From a virus, in UHGV virus genome UHGV-0125347: 41,471 bases of DNA; one strand, given 5' to 3'. How positions within the stretch are numbered: the stretch's first letter is position 1; each line of letters opens with the position of its first letter. Shown here piece after piece: positions 17,824-28,174 of the stretch. Under the pieces are notes generated by a model that made no database searches, was not told where the DNA came from, and saw only the letters and a list, made by a program, of their open reading frames with translations. Position numbers and translations under genes: made by a program.

Positions 17824-18058
17824 TAAGCATATAGCCTATTAATAGCTTATTAATAAAAGGTATCCGTCTATAAGCTAAATAGCCTATGAAAGCTTATTAA
17901 CGGATTAAAACATTGTTATACCGCTGTCCGCTACCCTTATCAATAGCTCCCTTCCAGGGATAGCTATTGATAAAAGGGTGGAGCGTGACAAAAATAGAAT
18001 TTGAAAGAATGAAAAATATTGGGCTATACCAAAATAAAATAACAAGAAACGAGGCTGT
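17824..18058. repeat. Putative origin region: iteron-like direct repeats and a 15-17 bp inverted repeat
   Basis: ATAGCCTAT occurs twice and AGCTTATTAA occurs twice. Inverted repeat TTATCAATAGCTCCC-ttcca-GGGATAGCTATTGATAA. Non-coding, immediately downstream of the primase-helicase. Confidence 0.4.
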
Positions 18059-18253
18059 GTGATGGATGAATTTTTAGAAATCTATCGTCAATTAGGACAA
18101 AAAAATAAAATATTCGTTGAAATTCTATTCTATGCATATATTGTTTTTGGCACTCAAAATAAATCAATGATTGAAGTTGCTAAAAGTAACAGGAAGACTG
18201 TCAATGGAAAAAGGACGGTCAAATATGAAATTGAGGTGATGCTTGATGATTGA
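18059..18253 (+). CDS. Hypothetical protein
   Basis: 64 aa. Confidence 0.45.
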   Translation: MMDEFLEIYRQLGQKNKIFVEILFYAYIVFGTQNKSMIEVAKSNRKTVNGKRTVKYEIEVMLDD

Positions 18254-18641
18254 ATTTTTTCTAAACATAATTCCGCCAGAAACTACCCATCAGCAGAAGA
18301 AAGTCCATGTGGTGAAAAACAAGCCAGTATTTTATGAGCCAGACGATTTGAAAAAGGCACGTGCTAAGTTGATGGCCCACTTATCGAAACATGTACCGAA
18401 CGAAAAATTTGAGGTGCCTGTTCGGATGATGGTGAAGTGGTGTTTCCCAGTTGTGGGCAATCATAGTAATGGTGAGTACAAATATACAAAACCCGACTTA
18501 GATAATAGTAATAAGCTGTTGCAAGACTGTATGACAAAACTGAATTTTTGGAAAGATGACAGCTATGTTGTCAGTTTAATCACTGAAAAGTTTTGGGCTG
18601 ATGTTCCAGGGATTTATATCAAAGTGGAGGCGATTGAATGA
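18243..18641 (+). CDS. rusA: RusA-family Holliday junction resolvase
   Basis: KPDLDNSNKLLQDCMTKLNFWKDDSYVVSL matches the RusA catalytic core (KPDxDN...D..DD.QV). Confidence 0.88.
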   Translation: MMIEFFLNIIPPETTHQQKKVHVVKNKPVFYEPDDLKKARAKLMAHLSKHVPNEKFEVPVRMMVKWCFPVVGNHSNGEYKYTKPDLDNSNKLLQDCMTKLNFWKDDSYVVSLITEKFWADVPGIYIKVEAIE

Positions 18642-18871
18642 ATTGGTCCAATGTATTTATAGATATTCAACAATGGATGGCTGATTCTAACCATATATCT
18701 AAAAAATATCCAATCACTTCAGATAAATACTGGGATTGGTTAATACAGTCAATCGGAGAATTAGGAAATCGCTATAACAATCATCCAGTTGTATTAGCAT
18801 TCTTAACGGTATTGATCAAAATTCAAGAAGATAGTTATAAACAGGTTGTGGGAGGTAATGCCAATGGCTGA
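18638..18871 (+). CDS. Hypothetical protein
   Basis: 77 aa. Confidence 0.5.
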   Translation: MNWSNVFIDIQQWMADSNHISKKYPITSDKYWDWLIQSIGELGNRYNNHPVVLAFLTVLIKIQEDSYKQVVGGNANG

Positions 18872-19397
18872 AGGACTAAGCAAGCATCAAATTGAGATTA
18901 TCACAGCTAAAGTTCTTGAAATTCAAGAAAAGAAAAAGAAAGAAACAAAAAGAGAAAAAAGAGACTGGAAATTAAGAAATACAAATTTACTATTGAAAAA
19001 TTATCGTATGTTAAAAAAACATTGCGATAGCATTGTTCCGACTATTCAAGATTACGAAATAAGCGTATTTGATTCAGAAGCTTTAAACTTAGATACATTA
19101 ATGAAATATAAAGCTCGGACAAAAGAAATGCTTGATTATTTTGATTTAATGTTTTCGTCCTACAATAATTATTGCAGAAGTAATGGCGATGCAGCGGAGA
19201 GAAGATTCGATATTATAAAATCAGTTTATATAGAAGATGGTAATTTCAGAAAATCTAAATCAGAGATGGCCTCTTATTATGCTATCGATTTTCGAACGGT
19301 TGATCGAGATATCAAGAAAGCTACGGATGAGTTATCTATATTCTTGTATGGAATCGATAGCTTGGATGATTTAGCAAATGTCTTAAAGTTGTCTTGA
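18864..19397 (+). CDS. ArpU/RinA-superfamily late-gene transcriptional activator
   Basis: Lies directly upstream of terS. The C-terminus has a sigma-70 region-4-like HTH (YYAIDFRTVDRDIKKATDELSIFL). ATG at 18864 after GGAGGT. Confidence 0.55.
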   Translation: MAEGLSKHQIEIITAKVLEIQEKKKKETKREKRDWKLRNTNLLLKNYRMLKKHCDSIVPTIQDYEISVFDSEALNLDTLMKYKARTKEMLDYFDLMFSSYNNYCRSNGDAAERRFDIIKSVYIEDGNFRKSKSEMASYYAIDFRTVDRDIKKATDELSIFLYGIDSLDDLANVLKLS

Positions 19398-19455
19398 ACA
19401 TGCCCTATTCAAGATGTTACTATGGTAGCATGAAATAAATACGTAAAAACAAAGA

Positions 19456-19484
19456 CATCTCTTTCGAGGTGTCTTTTTGCATTG
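19456..19484 (+). terminator. Rho-independent terminator between the late activator and terS
   Basis: AAAGACATCTC-tttcg-GAGGTGTCTTTTTG. 8-bp stem with one G.U pair, then a T-run. Confidence 0.5.
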
Positions 19485-19491
19485 AAAGAAG

Positions 19492-20046
19492 GTGAATATC
19501 ATGGCTGAATCAAAGCAAAGCCAGTTGATTAATGAAATAGCTGATTTAGCATCAGATCTTATGAGTGAGTGGCCATCCACTCGAAATAAGCAAAAAGAAT
19601 TCGTGTTAGCATATGTTTCAAATGGTTTTATCAATGGAACAGAGGCTGCAAAAAAAGCAGGGTATAGCGCTAAAACGGCAGGAACTATTGCTTCTAACTT
19701 ATTAACAGGAATGAAAAAGTATGAACACATCCCTCCTGTTATTGAAGAACTGAAGAATGCTTATGATGAGAGAGCGATAGAATTATCTATTGCATCGGGA
19801 ACTGAAGTTTTGCAATATCTCACTTCTGTAATGCGTGGATCTCAAAAAGAGCAAACCTTAATCGGCCTTGGCGAAGGGGCTCAAGGATTAACAGATATTG
19901 ATGTTGGAGCCAAAGAAAGACTAAAAGCTGCTGAACTACTGGGCAAACGTCATGCGCTGTTCACTGATAAACAGGAGATTTCAGCGACTGTAAGAACAGA
20001 TAAACTTGATAGTATCTTACAGCAATTAGGTGATGAAGATGACTGA
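19492..20046 (+). CDS. terS: Terminase small subunit
   Basis: Terminase_2-like HTH region (EFVLAYVSNGFINGTEAAKKAGYSAKTAGTIASNLL). Immediately before TerL. Confidence 0.85.
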   Translation: MNIMAESKQSQLINEIADLASDLMSEWPSTRNKQKEFVLAYVSNGFINGTEAAKKAGYSAKTAGTIASNLLTGMKKYEHIPPVIEELKNAYDERAIELSIASGTEVLQYLTSVMRGSQKEQTLIGLGEGAQGLTDIDVGAKERLKAAELLGKRHALFTDKQEISATVRTDKLDSILQQLGDEDD

Positions 20047-21427
20047 GTTGGTTTTGTCACCTAAGTATAAAAGATTTCTGAAATATGACACAGATGTTGA
20101 ATTTCTCGAGGGGACCACAGCAGCCGGGAAGACCACTGTAGGTGCTGTAAAATTTCTTTTTAAAGTTGCTGAATCAGATAGGAAACTACACATCATTAGC
20201 GGTTTAGATTTAGGTACAATCGAAAAAAATATTATACAATCCGAATTGGGAATTATAGATATATTTGGAGATCTGGTAACCTACCATTCCAAAGGGAATA
20301 AAGATCATAGTTTACCACATTTAAAATATAAAACATCTAACGGTGAAAAAATAATCTATGTTCTTGGTTATGACAATAAAGCTCGTTGGAAAAAGGTTCT
20401 TGGTGGCCAATATGGTTGTTTGTACATTGATGAAATAAATATCGCAGACATGGAATATGTACGAGAAATTTTTATGCGTGCCGATTATGTAATGGCCACT
20501 CTAAATCCAGATGATCCTGAATTACCAATTTATCATGAGTACATAAACCATTCTAGGCCATTACCTGAGTATGAAAATGATGCACCTAGAGAGATTAATG
20601 ATCAGTTGAACCAGTCTCCCAAAGCAGGATGGGTTCACTGGTTTTTTGGTTTTTCTCATAATGATGGATTAACTGAAAAAAAGAAACAGAAAATAATATC
20701 TGCTGTACCGACAGGAACTAAATTATATAAAAATAAAATTCTAGGTATTAGAGGTCGAGCGGAAGGCCTTGTGTTCTCTAATTTCGAATACAAAAATAAC
20801 GTGATTACAGAACAGAAAGCGATGAGTAAGAACTATGTTCATTTTTCTTGTGGCGTAGATACATCTTATTCAGCGCAATCGAATGATACAATTTCGTTTA
20901 TATTTCAAGGAATCACAGATGTTGGAGAATTAGTGATACTCGAAGAAGAAGTTAAAAATAATAAAGACGAAAATATACCTTTTTCCCCAAGTGATGTAGC
21001 AGCTAATCTTATTCAATTTCTTGATAGGTGTAGAAAAAAGTGGGGCTTTTCTCGAATGGTCTATGTTGATAATGCCGATCAAGCTACTATTACAGAACTA
21101 AATAAGTTGAAACGACTTAAACCTAATGCATATACAATTGTTGGTTCTGATAAGCGCATGAAGATTATTGATCGTATTAATTTAATGTTAGGTTGGATTA
21201 ATTCAGATGGCAAAGCTCCTATATACTTAGTCGTAGATACTTGTAATGTCCACATACATGAGTTAAACACATACGCCTATGATGGAGATCAGCCAGAAGA
21301 CAAGAACGACCATACTATAAACGCTAGTCAGTATGGGTTTTTACCGATAAGAGAAAAAATAGGATATGCATACAAGAAATCTGATACAAAGAAAAAAATT
21401 AAGCGTATCAAACAATTAGGATTATAA
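20039..21427 (+). CDS. terL: Terminase large subunit
   Basis: Walker A EGTTAAGKTT and Walker B CLYIDEI. The C-terminal nuclease-domain size is typical. RBS AGGTGA. Confidence 0.9.
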   Translation: MTELVLSPKYKRFLKYDTDVEFLEGTTAAGKTTVGAVKFLFKVAESDRKLHIISGLDLGTIEKNIIQSELGIIDIFGDLVTYHSKGNKDHSLPHLKYKTSNGEKIIYVLGYDNKARWKKVLGGQYGCLYIDEINIADMEYVREIFMRADYVMATLNPDDPELPIYHEYINHSRPLPEYENDAPREINDQLNQSPKAGWVHWFFGFSHNDGLTEKKKQKIISAVPTGTKLYKNKILGIRGRAEGLVFSNFEYKNNVITEQKAMSKNYVHFSCGVDTSYSAQSNDTISFIFQGITDVGELVILEEEVKNNKDENIPFSPSDVAANLIQFLDRCRKKWGFSRMVYVDNADQATITELNKLKRLKPNAYTIVGSDKRMKIIDRINLMLGWINSDGKAPIYLVVDTCNVHIHELNTYAYDGDQPEDKNDHTINASQYGFLPIREKIGYAYKKSDTKKKIKRIKQLGL

Positions 21428-21440
21428 AGGAGAAAAAGCA

Positions 21441-22979
21441 ATGGAAAATGAAGAAGTCCTAAAAGTTAATGAATTTGAACATGGATCGGACATCAGCTAT
21501 TCAAGTGATGTGAATGAAAATTTTGTTAGCTTTGGCGTAGAATCCAATATTCATTATAGATATAGTTCTGCGGATGAATTGTTGGAGAATGCTGATGTTT
21601 TAGCAAAAATGATTGCGCACCATAATGAACACCAGGTTCCACGTCTACAGGTTTTGGATGATTATTATAAAGCGAAGAATACAAACATCATCAAAAATCG
21701 TCGCCGTAAGGAAAAAGAAAAAGCAGACCATAGAGCTGCTCATAATTTTGGAAAAGTTCTTGCAACGTTTGATGTTGGATACAATACAGGCAATCCATTA
21801 AAAGTCCAAATTAATAATAAAGCTAGTCAAGAGGCCATTGATAATTTCAATCAAGATAATGACATTGACGGATTGAATGGAGAATTGTGGTTAGATATGG
21901 ATAAATACGGCCGAGCTTATGAAATCATATATCGAGATGAAGATGACGTTGATTATGTTGATCTATGCAATGTTTTTGAAACGTTTGTTGTGTATGATAC
22001 AACGGTCAAGCGTAGACCAATACTTGCTGTTCGTTATCCTAAAACTAAATTTACTATAGATGCAGACAAACAGTATATTCAACCGATAATTTACACAAAA
22101 GACAAAATCATTACTTACGCTGAAACGACTCTTGCTACGATTAAACTAAGTGATCCAAAAGAGGATTCTCATGATTACAAAGAAGTCCAGATAACTGAGT
22201 TCTCTCCTAATCGTTTTAGAATGGGATTGTATGAAGATATTTTATCTCAAATCGATTTGTATGATGCTGGACAGTCTGACACTGCTAATTACATGACGGA
22301 TTTAAACGATGCGCTGTTAGTGATTAGTGGGGACATCGAAGCAGTGGGTCTATCAACCGAAGATGCTATTAAGCAAAAAGAAGCGAACATGCTTTTGCTT
22401 GAATCTGGCACAGATATCAACGGTAACAAGACCTCAGTGAATGCTAACTACATCTATAAACAATACGATGTAAACGGCGTTGAAGCATACAAAGAACGAG
22501 TGAGAAAAGGAATACATGAAATATCTATGATTCCAGATTTGACAGATACAAATTTTTCTGGTGTTCAATCAGGAGAAGCAATGAAGTATAAAATGTTTGG
22601 TTTCAATCAAATGACGGCAGTAAAGCAAAGACTATTTAAAAAAAGTCTTGTGCGGCGCTATCGTCTTTTATTTAATCTGAAATCAAGTGTTTCTGAGATT
22701 GATAACTCCGATTTAAAAGGCTTGCGCATTATCTTTACTCCTAATCTTCCGAAAGCAATTCTAGAAGAATTAAAAACATTGATTGACTCTGGAGCGGAGT
22801 TAAGCCAAGAAACAATTTTAGGTCTAGCTTCGTTTGTTGATGATGTTCAAGCTGAATTAGAACGTGTAAAAAATGAAAATAAACCATTAGATATTACTGA
22901 TGAAGAAGTAGCCAAAACGAAAGTAAATCAGGCAAAATTTTTAGCTAAACAATCGGAAAAGGAAACCGAGGAGGAATGA
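21441..22979 (+). CDS. Portal protein
   Basis: 512 aa, follows TerL. Acidic C-terminus. RBS AAAGGAG. Confidence 0.8.
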   Translation: MENEEVLKVNEFEHGSDISYSSDVNENFVSFGVESNIHYRYSSADELLENADVLAKMIAHHNEHQVPRLQVLDDYYKAKNTNIIKNRRRKEKEKADHRAAHNFGKVLATFDVGYNTGNPLKVQINNKASQEAIDNFNQDNDIDGLNGELWLDMDKYGRAYEIIYRDEDDVDYVDLCNVFETFVVYDTTVKRRPILAVRYPKTKFTIDADKQYIQPIIYTKDKIITYAETTLATIKLSDPKEDSHDYKEVQITEFSPNRFRMGLYEDILSQIDLYDAGQSDTANYMTDLNDALLVISGDIEAVGLSTEDAIKQKEANMLLLESGTDINGNKTSVNANYIYKQYDVNGVEAYKERVRKGIHEISMIPDLTDTNFSGVQSGEAMKYKMFGFNQMTAVKQRLFKKSLVRRYRLLFNLKSSVSEIDNSDLKGLRIIFTPNLPKAILEELKTLIDSGAELSQETILGLASFVDDVQAELERVKNENKPLDITDEEVAKTKVNQAKFLAKQSEKETEEE

Positions 22980-22983
22980 TTGA

Positions 22984-23922
22984 ATGTCCTACTTGAAAAA
23001 TCGTGAAGAATCTTGGATCAAAGAACAGATGAAGCTAGATCGCAATAGAGAAAAAGAAATTGTTCAACAGCTTCAAAATGCTATTGATGCGATTCAAACC
23101 GAAATTGAAGCTAACTGGGATAGATTTTCCAATGGCCAAAAGATTACGATTAGCGAAGCAAGAAAAATGGCTAATAAGATGGACGTAAAACGCTTTGAGA
23201 GAAAAGCGAAGGAGTATGTAAAAAATAAAGACTTTAGTCCACAGGCCAATAAAGAATTGAAAATCTATAACTTAGTAATGCGAGTGTCTAGATTAGAGCT
23301 ATTAAAGTCTCAGATTGGCTTAGAACTAATCACGTTGTTTGATGAGCTAGATAAGTGGGGATATTCTCAGTTAACTGAAGCCGCAAAAGATGAATATTTA
23401 AGACAGGCGGGAATACTAGGCGAAACCGTTAAAGAAAATTATTCGTCTATGGTTAGAAAAATTGTTAATGTCTCATTCAAATCAAGTGATTTCCCTTCGT
23501 TCAGTGATAACATTTGGCAAAATTTTGTTGAAATGAAAGCTGATTTAGAAAAAATAATCACTCAGGCAATCACTCAAGGTAAAAATCCAAGGGCCATAGC
23601 AAAAGAGATGGCTAAATTTTTAAAGCCTAACCAATTAAATATAAGATACAAGCTAAATAGGTTGATGATGACTGAAATATCTGGTATTCAAACAGATATT
23701 CAAAAGCAAAGTTACTTAGATGCAGATATCGAAGAATATGATTACATTGCAGAACCATTTGCCTGTGAAATATGTAAAAGAGTAGCTAAGGGTAGTCCTT
23801 ATAAAGTATTAAAGATGCAAAAAGGCATTAATGCTCCATACATGCATCCCCATTGCAAATGCTCTACTGTCCCTAAAGTTAGTGAAGATTATGAAAAGTC
23901 GCTGAAAGAAAGAGGTTTGTAA
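22984..23922 (+). CDS. Minor head / head-morphogenesis protein (Mu F / SPP1 gp7 family)
   Basis: C-terminal CEICKR...HPHCKCS signature of the Mu-F-like family. Confidence 0.85.
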   Translation: MSYLKNREESWIKEQMKLDRNREKEIVQQLQNAIDAIQTEIEANWDRFSNGQKITISEARKMANKMDVKRFERKAKEYVKNKDFSPQANKELKIYNLVMRVSRLELLKSQIGLELITLFDELDKWGYSQLTEAAKDEYLRQAGILGETVKENYSSMVRKIVNVSFKSSDFPSFSDNIWQNFVEMKADLEKIITQAITQGKNPRAIAKEMAKFLKPNQLNIRYKLNRLMMTEISGIQTDIQKQSYLDADIEEYDYIAEPFACEICKRVAKGSPYKVLKMQKGINAPYMHPHCKCSTVPKVSEDYEKSLKERGL

Positions 23923-24192
23923 ATGGATAATCTATATAAATGCAATCAATGCAATAAATACACTCCGTTAGTTAGAAAATCTGAAAACATCACGAAGGAT
24001 ATTGAACACCATTATGCTGAATGTGCAAATTGTGGATATAAAGCGACAATTATGTATATGAATACCGAAATCAAGTTATTAATGCATGAACAAAGAAAAA
24101 CAAACTTTGGTACAAAAAAGAAAGGTAAATTGACAGAAAAGCTAAACAGACTAATTTCTCAATTAAGAAAAGAAGTCGAGGGATCAAGTTGA
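23923..24192 (+). CDS. Small Zn-ribbon protein
   Basis: CNQC...CANC. Confidence 0.5.
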   Translation: MDNLYKCNQCNKYTPLVRKSENITKDIEHHYAECANCGYKATIMYMNTEIKLLMHEQRKTNFGTKKKGKLTEKLNRLISQLRKEVEGSS

Positions 24193-24410
24193 AAAGTTAT
24201 TCTTTAGTTTATTGGTCAGGTGTTGACGATGAAACTGGTGCGTTTAAGCAAATAGATTGTCTCATTAATGATGAAACAGTTCAGAAATTGCTTGAAGGTA
24301 AACCTAAATTTATCTCAATTATTATTGATGATGGTGAACAAATGTTAATTCAAACGGATAATATTAATCAGATAAAACAAGTTTATGAAAAATACGGCAG
24401 AAAGGCGTGA
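24189..24410 (+). CDS. Hypothetical protein
   Basis: 73 aa with a TTG start overlapping the upstream stop. Confidence 0.4.
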   Translation: MKSYSLVYWSGVDDETGAFKQIDCLINDETVQKLLEGKPKFISIIIDDGEQMLIQTDNINQIKQVYEKYGRKA

Positions 24411-24477
24411 TTCTATGAATGACGATCCTTACGATTACTTAGATGCTGATTATGAAGAATATTTAAAGAGAGAAGAG

Positions 24478-24503
24478 TCTAACAAACGTTAGGCTTTTTA
24501 TAT
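24478..24503 (+). terminator. Weak hairpin plus T-run upstream of the scaffold gene
   Basis: TCTAAC-aaac-GTTAGG followed by CTTTTTTATATT. Confidence 0.35.
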
Positions 24504-24604
24504 TGCCTTCTTACTGCTTACAGGCACTAAAGAGAAAGCTGTTTCGATTGATAGGCGTAACTTATCAAATATATCGGGTAGCGGCGTAACCGTGGAGGAT
24601 AATC

Positions 24605-25204
24605 ATGAAAACAAAAAAACTATTATTGCCAATGCATTTACAATTCTTTGCTGATAATCCAGATACTGGCACTGGAGGTACGGACCAACCGGCCGGAGGT
24701 CAAGAGCAAACACCGCCAGGAGATGGCGGCAAAGATAAAGGTAATGAAAAAACGTTTTCTCGTGGTGAAGTAGCAAAAATGATCGCTGCTGAAGTATCAA
24801 AAACAAAAGAAGCTTGGGAAAAAGAGCAACAAGAAAAACAAGCAGAAGCAGAAAAACTGGCAAAAATGAATGCTCAAGAAAAAGCTGAACATGAAAAGAA
24901 ACAGCTAGAAGCAAAAATTGCGGAATTGGAACGTAGTCAAGCATTAGTTTCCATGTCAAAGGAAGCTTCTAAAATGCTTTCAGAAGCTAGTTTGCCGCAT
25001 GATGATGATTTGCTAGGATTGATTGTTTCAGATGATGCGGAAGCCACAAAAAAAGCTGTCGCTATTGTTACGAACTATGTATCAATGATTAAGAAAGAAA
25101 ATGCTCGCCAAAAAACACCAGGTGAGGGTGGACAATTTTCAACTGATAAAAAAGAAACCGAATCAGTTGCAGCTCTTGCAGCAAGTAAACGAATTGTAAA
25201 ATAG
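24605..25204 (+). CDS. Scaffolding protein
   Basis: N-terminal MHLQFFA motif, charged and helical. Precedes the capsid gene. Confidence 0.75.
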   Translation: MKTKKLLLPMHLQFFADNPDTGTGGTDQPAGGQEQTPPGDGGKDKGNEKTFSRGEVAKMIAAEVSKTKEAWEKEQQEKQAEAEKLAKMNAQEKAEHEKKQLEAKIAELERSQALVSMSKEASKMLSEASLPHDDDLLGLIVSDDAEATKKAVAIVTNYVSMIKKENARQKTPGEGGQFSTDKKETESVAALAASKRIVK

Positions 25205-25216
25205 GAGGAAATATAA

Positions 25217-26149
25217 ATGAAGAAAAAACAATTAATGAAAATGGATATTCAAATGTTTGCTCAAACATGGAATCCAGACAACGTCACTGTATTAGAGAAA
25301 AAAGATGGAACAATTCCAGATAAGTACAACACTTTAATTTTAAAAGATGTGATGGAAAATTCTAAGTTAATGCAGTTGGCTAAATATGAAGAAATGGACG
25401 GCAAAGAAAAGAAATTCGAATACTTTGCAGAAGGTCCTGGGGCGTACTGGGTTGGTGAAGGCGAAAAGATTAAAACGTCTAAACCTAAATGGTTAAACGT
25501 AACGATGACTGCGAAAAAAATTGGTGTTATTATCCCAGTTTCTCGAGAATATTTAACTTATAAGATGTCTGATTTCTTTACTCAAATGCAACCAAAAATC
25601 GCAGAAGCATTTTATAAGAAAATTGATGCGGCTACTATCCTTGATAAAGAAAATCCATTCTCTCAATCTATTGAAAAATCTGTCATTGCAGCTAGTAATG
25701 TAATTGAGGGCGACTTGACATATGACAACATTTTAGCATTAGAGGATTTGCTTGGAGAAGGTGAATACGATCCGAATGCTTTCATTTCTAATCGTAAGAA
25801 TCGTACAGTGTTACGTGAAGCAAGTAAAAAAATTGGTGACACAACTCAATTTATTTATGATCGTGTCAGCAATACTATTGATGGACTACCTGTAGCAGAT
25901 CTAAAATCTATGGATAAAGGAAACCTTTATACTGGTGATTTTGATTACTTGCGCTATGGTATCCCATTTAACATTAATTTCAAAATTTCAGAAGAAGCTC
26001 AATTATCTACTTTAACGAATGAAGACGGAACGCCTGTCAACTTGTACGAACAAGAATTGGTTGCTTTACGAGCTACAATGGATATTGGTTTCATGGTCAT
26101 CAAAGATGAAGCATTTGCTAAGATTCAACCAAAAGCTGCGGGGGAGTAA
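25217..26149 (+). CDS. Major capsid protein
   Basis: 310 aa with an N-terminal IQMFA motif. Position after the scaffold. RBS AGGAGG. Confidence 0.85.
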   Translation: MKKKQLMKMDIQMFAQTWNPDNVTVLEKKDGTIPDKYNTLILKDVMENSKLMQLAKYEEMDGKEKKFEYFAEGPGAYWVGEGEKIKTSKPKWLNVTMTAKKIGVIIPVSREYLTYKMSDFFTQMQPKIAEAFYKKIDAATILDKENPFSQSIEKSVIAASNVIEGDLTYDNILALEDLLGEGEYDPNAFISNRKNRTVLREASKKIGDTTQFIYDRVSNTIDGLPVADLKSMDKGNLYTGDFDYLRYGIPFNINFKISEEAQLSTLTNEDGTPVNLYEQELVALRATMDIGFMVIKDEAFAKIQPKAAGE

Positions 26150-26211
26150 CTAGCCCTGTTGTTGGAAAAGTAACACCGACAACAAATGGGGCGACAATCG
26201 AACTAACTTAG
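26140..26211 (+). other. -1-frame C-terminal extension of the capsid gene (VTSPVVGKVTPTTNGATIELT)
   Basis: The -1 frame is open from 26122 to TAG 26209-26211. A GGGGG run at 26140-26144 sits immediately before the capsid stop. The peptide is conserved with the tail-gene copy. Confidence 0.45.
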
Positions 26212-26222
26212 GTGGTGTTTAG

Positions 26223-26555
26223 ATGTCAGAGATAGCAAATGATGTAAAAAAATTATTAAATGGTAGTCTTGATGAAAAATTAGAAATCATTGAAAGACGT
26301 ACAAAAGATCGGCTTCAAAATATATTGAATGTCACTGAGTTACCAAAAAGCTTTGATTCAGTTGTATATGAAGTAACTTTAAAACGATTTAATCGTATTG
26401 GCCAAGAAGGAATGCAATCTTATTCTCAAGAAGGTTTATCTATGGCATTTCCAGACTCTGATTTTTCTGAATATCAAGATGAAATTGAAGAGTATAAGAA
26501 CAAGGAAATAGAAGAACTTTATAAGCCTAAACGTGGGAGGTTTGCATTTTCATGA
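26223..26555 (+). CDS. Head-tail connector (gp6-like)
   Basis: 110 aa. Position and composition are typical. Confidence 0.7.
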   Translation: MSEIANDVKKLLNGSLDEKLEIIERRTKDRLQNILNVTELPKSFDSVVYEVTLKRFNRIGQEGMQSYSQEGLSMAFPDSDFSEYQDEIEEYKNKEIEELYKPKRGRFAFS

Positions 26556-26887
26556 GATATTTAGATGAAATTACCTTTGTAAAAAAATCTTCAGAATCGC
26601 ATTATGATCCAAATTCAGGTGAATGGATTGAAGAAGAACCGTTTAGAAAAACTGCTGATGTCAATGTAACTGACATTGGTACAGATCGTTCTATTACTAT
26701 TTTTGGAAGCATTAAAGAAGGGGCTAAGGTCATTAGGACACAGCCCCTTTTTGTTATTCCAGAATTTGATTACATTGAGTTTGAGGGTAAAACTTGGGAA
26801 GTTATTACAAGTAGAGTTCCTGCATTAAGAAATAGCTTGATTATTCAGGAAGTGATTATTGATGGCAAGAAGTCAAGTAAGAATTAA
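26552..26887 (+). CDS. Head closure / head-tail adaptor protein
   Basis: 111 aa with an ATGA overlap. Confidence 0.65.
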   Translation: MRYLDEITFVKKSSESHYDPNSGEWIEEEPFRKTADVNVTDIGTDRSITIFGSIKEGAKVIRTQPLFVIPEFDYIEFEGKTWEVITSRVPALRNSLIIQEVIIDGKKSSKN

Positions 26888-27242
26888 TGGACTAGCTGGA
26901 ATTTCAAAAAAACTAAAGAGAAATGTTCAACTTGATGATGTGAAAAAAGTTGTTAGAAATAACACAGCAGAATTAACCGCTAATATGCAAGCTGAAGCCG
27001 GAAAGGTGTTAACTGGACACTGGGAAGGTAAAAAGTTTGTTAAACCTACAGGGGCAACAAAAAGAAGTATCGTTATGAGGCTTTCGAACAATGGTTTTTC
27101 TGGGCATACAGGACCAGGAACAGAATACGCACCGTATTTAATAAACGGTACGAGATTTATGGTGAAACGTGATTTCTTTTTACCACCGCTGAAACAACAA
27201 AAAGTGAAATTTAGAACGGACTTGGAAAGGTTGATGAAATGA
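26862..27242 (+). CDS. HK97 gp10-like tail-component protein
   Basis: 127 aa. Position in the gene order. Confidence 0.6.
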   Translation: MARSQVRINGLAGISKKLKRNVQLDDVKKVVRNNTAELTANMQAEAGKVLTGHWEGKKFVKPTGATKRSIVMRLSNNGFSGHTGPGTEYAPYLINGTRFMVKRDFFLPPLKQQKVKFRTDLERLMK

Positions 27243-27628
27243 TTAAAACAAGAGATCAATCAATCTTCGATGAAGTGTATAAGAAGTGTCAATCACTGGG
27301 TTATGAAACCTACGATTACAAACCTATGAATGATGTAGGTTATCCATTTGTCGAATTAGAAGATACTCAGACACTGCACCAAGCCAACAAGACTGATATT
27401 AAAGGTTCAGTTACATTGAATCTATCTGTATGGGGATTGGCAAAAAAACGTAAACAAATATCGGATATGGCTTCAGCAATTTTTGCTGAGGCTCTATCTA
27501 TTTCTGAAACGGAAGGTTATTATTGGTCGCTCAATATCCAATCAAGCGGTATTCGGTTAGTAGATGACATTTCGACTAACACACCATTGAAGCGGGCAAT
27601 GATATCTTTAGAATTCAAAATACTATAG
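27239..27628 (+). CDS. Tail completion / terminator-like protein
   Basis: 129 aa. Position before the major tail protein. Confidence 0.55.
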   Translation: MIKTRDQSIFDEVYKKCQSLGYETYDYKPMNDVGYPFVELEDTQTLHQANKTDIKGSVTLNLSVWGLAKKRKQISDMASAIFAEALSISETEGYYWSLNIQSSGIRLVDDISTNTPLKRAMISLEFKIL

Positions 27629-27643
27629 AGAGAAGGAATATAA

Positions 27644-28174
27644 ATGGCTAATGAAGCAAAAGTAGCGGCTAAAGGTATTGATATTATTTTACTTTTCCGT
27701 TTGTTAAAAAAATCAAAAGAGGAAGCAGCATGGAAATTAGCTTTCCAGACAGAACATGAAAATACAAAGACAAAAGATAGTGACTCCGTGGCCACTAAAG
27801 ATGGTCCGATTCGCATCCCAGGGTCATTAGAAATTGATTTTTCGGCAACATCTATTTTATCAGTTGGTGATCCATATGTTGACCAGCTAGAAGAGGCTTT
27901 AGACAATGACGATATTATTGAAATCTGGGAAATCAACAAAGCAGAAAAAGGCACAGGAGATAATGCTGACAAATACAAGGCAACCTATTACCAAGGATAT
28001 GTAACATCATTTGGCAAATCACCTAATGCTGAAGACACCGTAGAAGTTTCATTAGAATTTGGTATCAATGGTAAAGGTGCAAAAGGATTTGCGACATTAA
28101 CTGCTGATCAAGAAGAAGTAGTTCAATATGTCTTCAAAGATACGACTATTGAAACAGCTGATCCGGGAAAGTAG
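27644..28174 (+). CDS. Major tail protein
   Basis: 176 aa with a strong RBS, upstream of the chaperone and tape-measure genes. Ends at the slippery GGGAAAG followed by TAG. Confidence 0.8.
   Translation: MANEAKVAAKGIDIILLFRLLKKSKEEAAWKLAFQTEHENTKTKDSDSVATKDGPIRIPGSLEIDFSATSILSVGDPYVDQLEEALDNDDIIEIWEINKAEKGTGDNADKYKATYYQGYVTSFGKSPNAEDTVEVSLEFGINGKGAKGFATLTADQEEVVQYVFKDTTIETADPGK

Noticed and set aside
24603-24959. Minus-strand 118-aa Leu/Phe-rich ORF
   Set aside because: Antisense shadow of the Lys/Glu-rich scaffold gene (AAG/GAA codons read as CTT/TTC).
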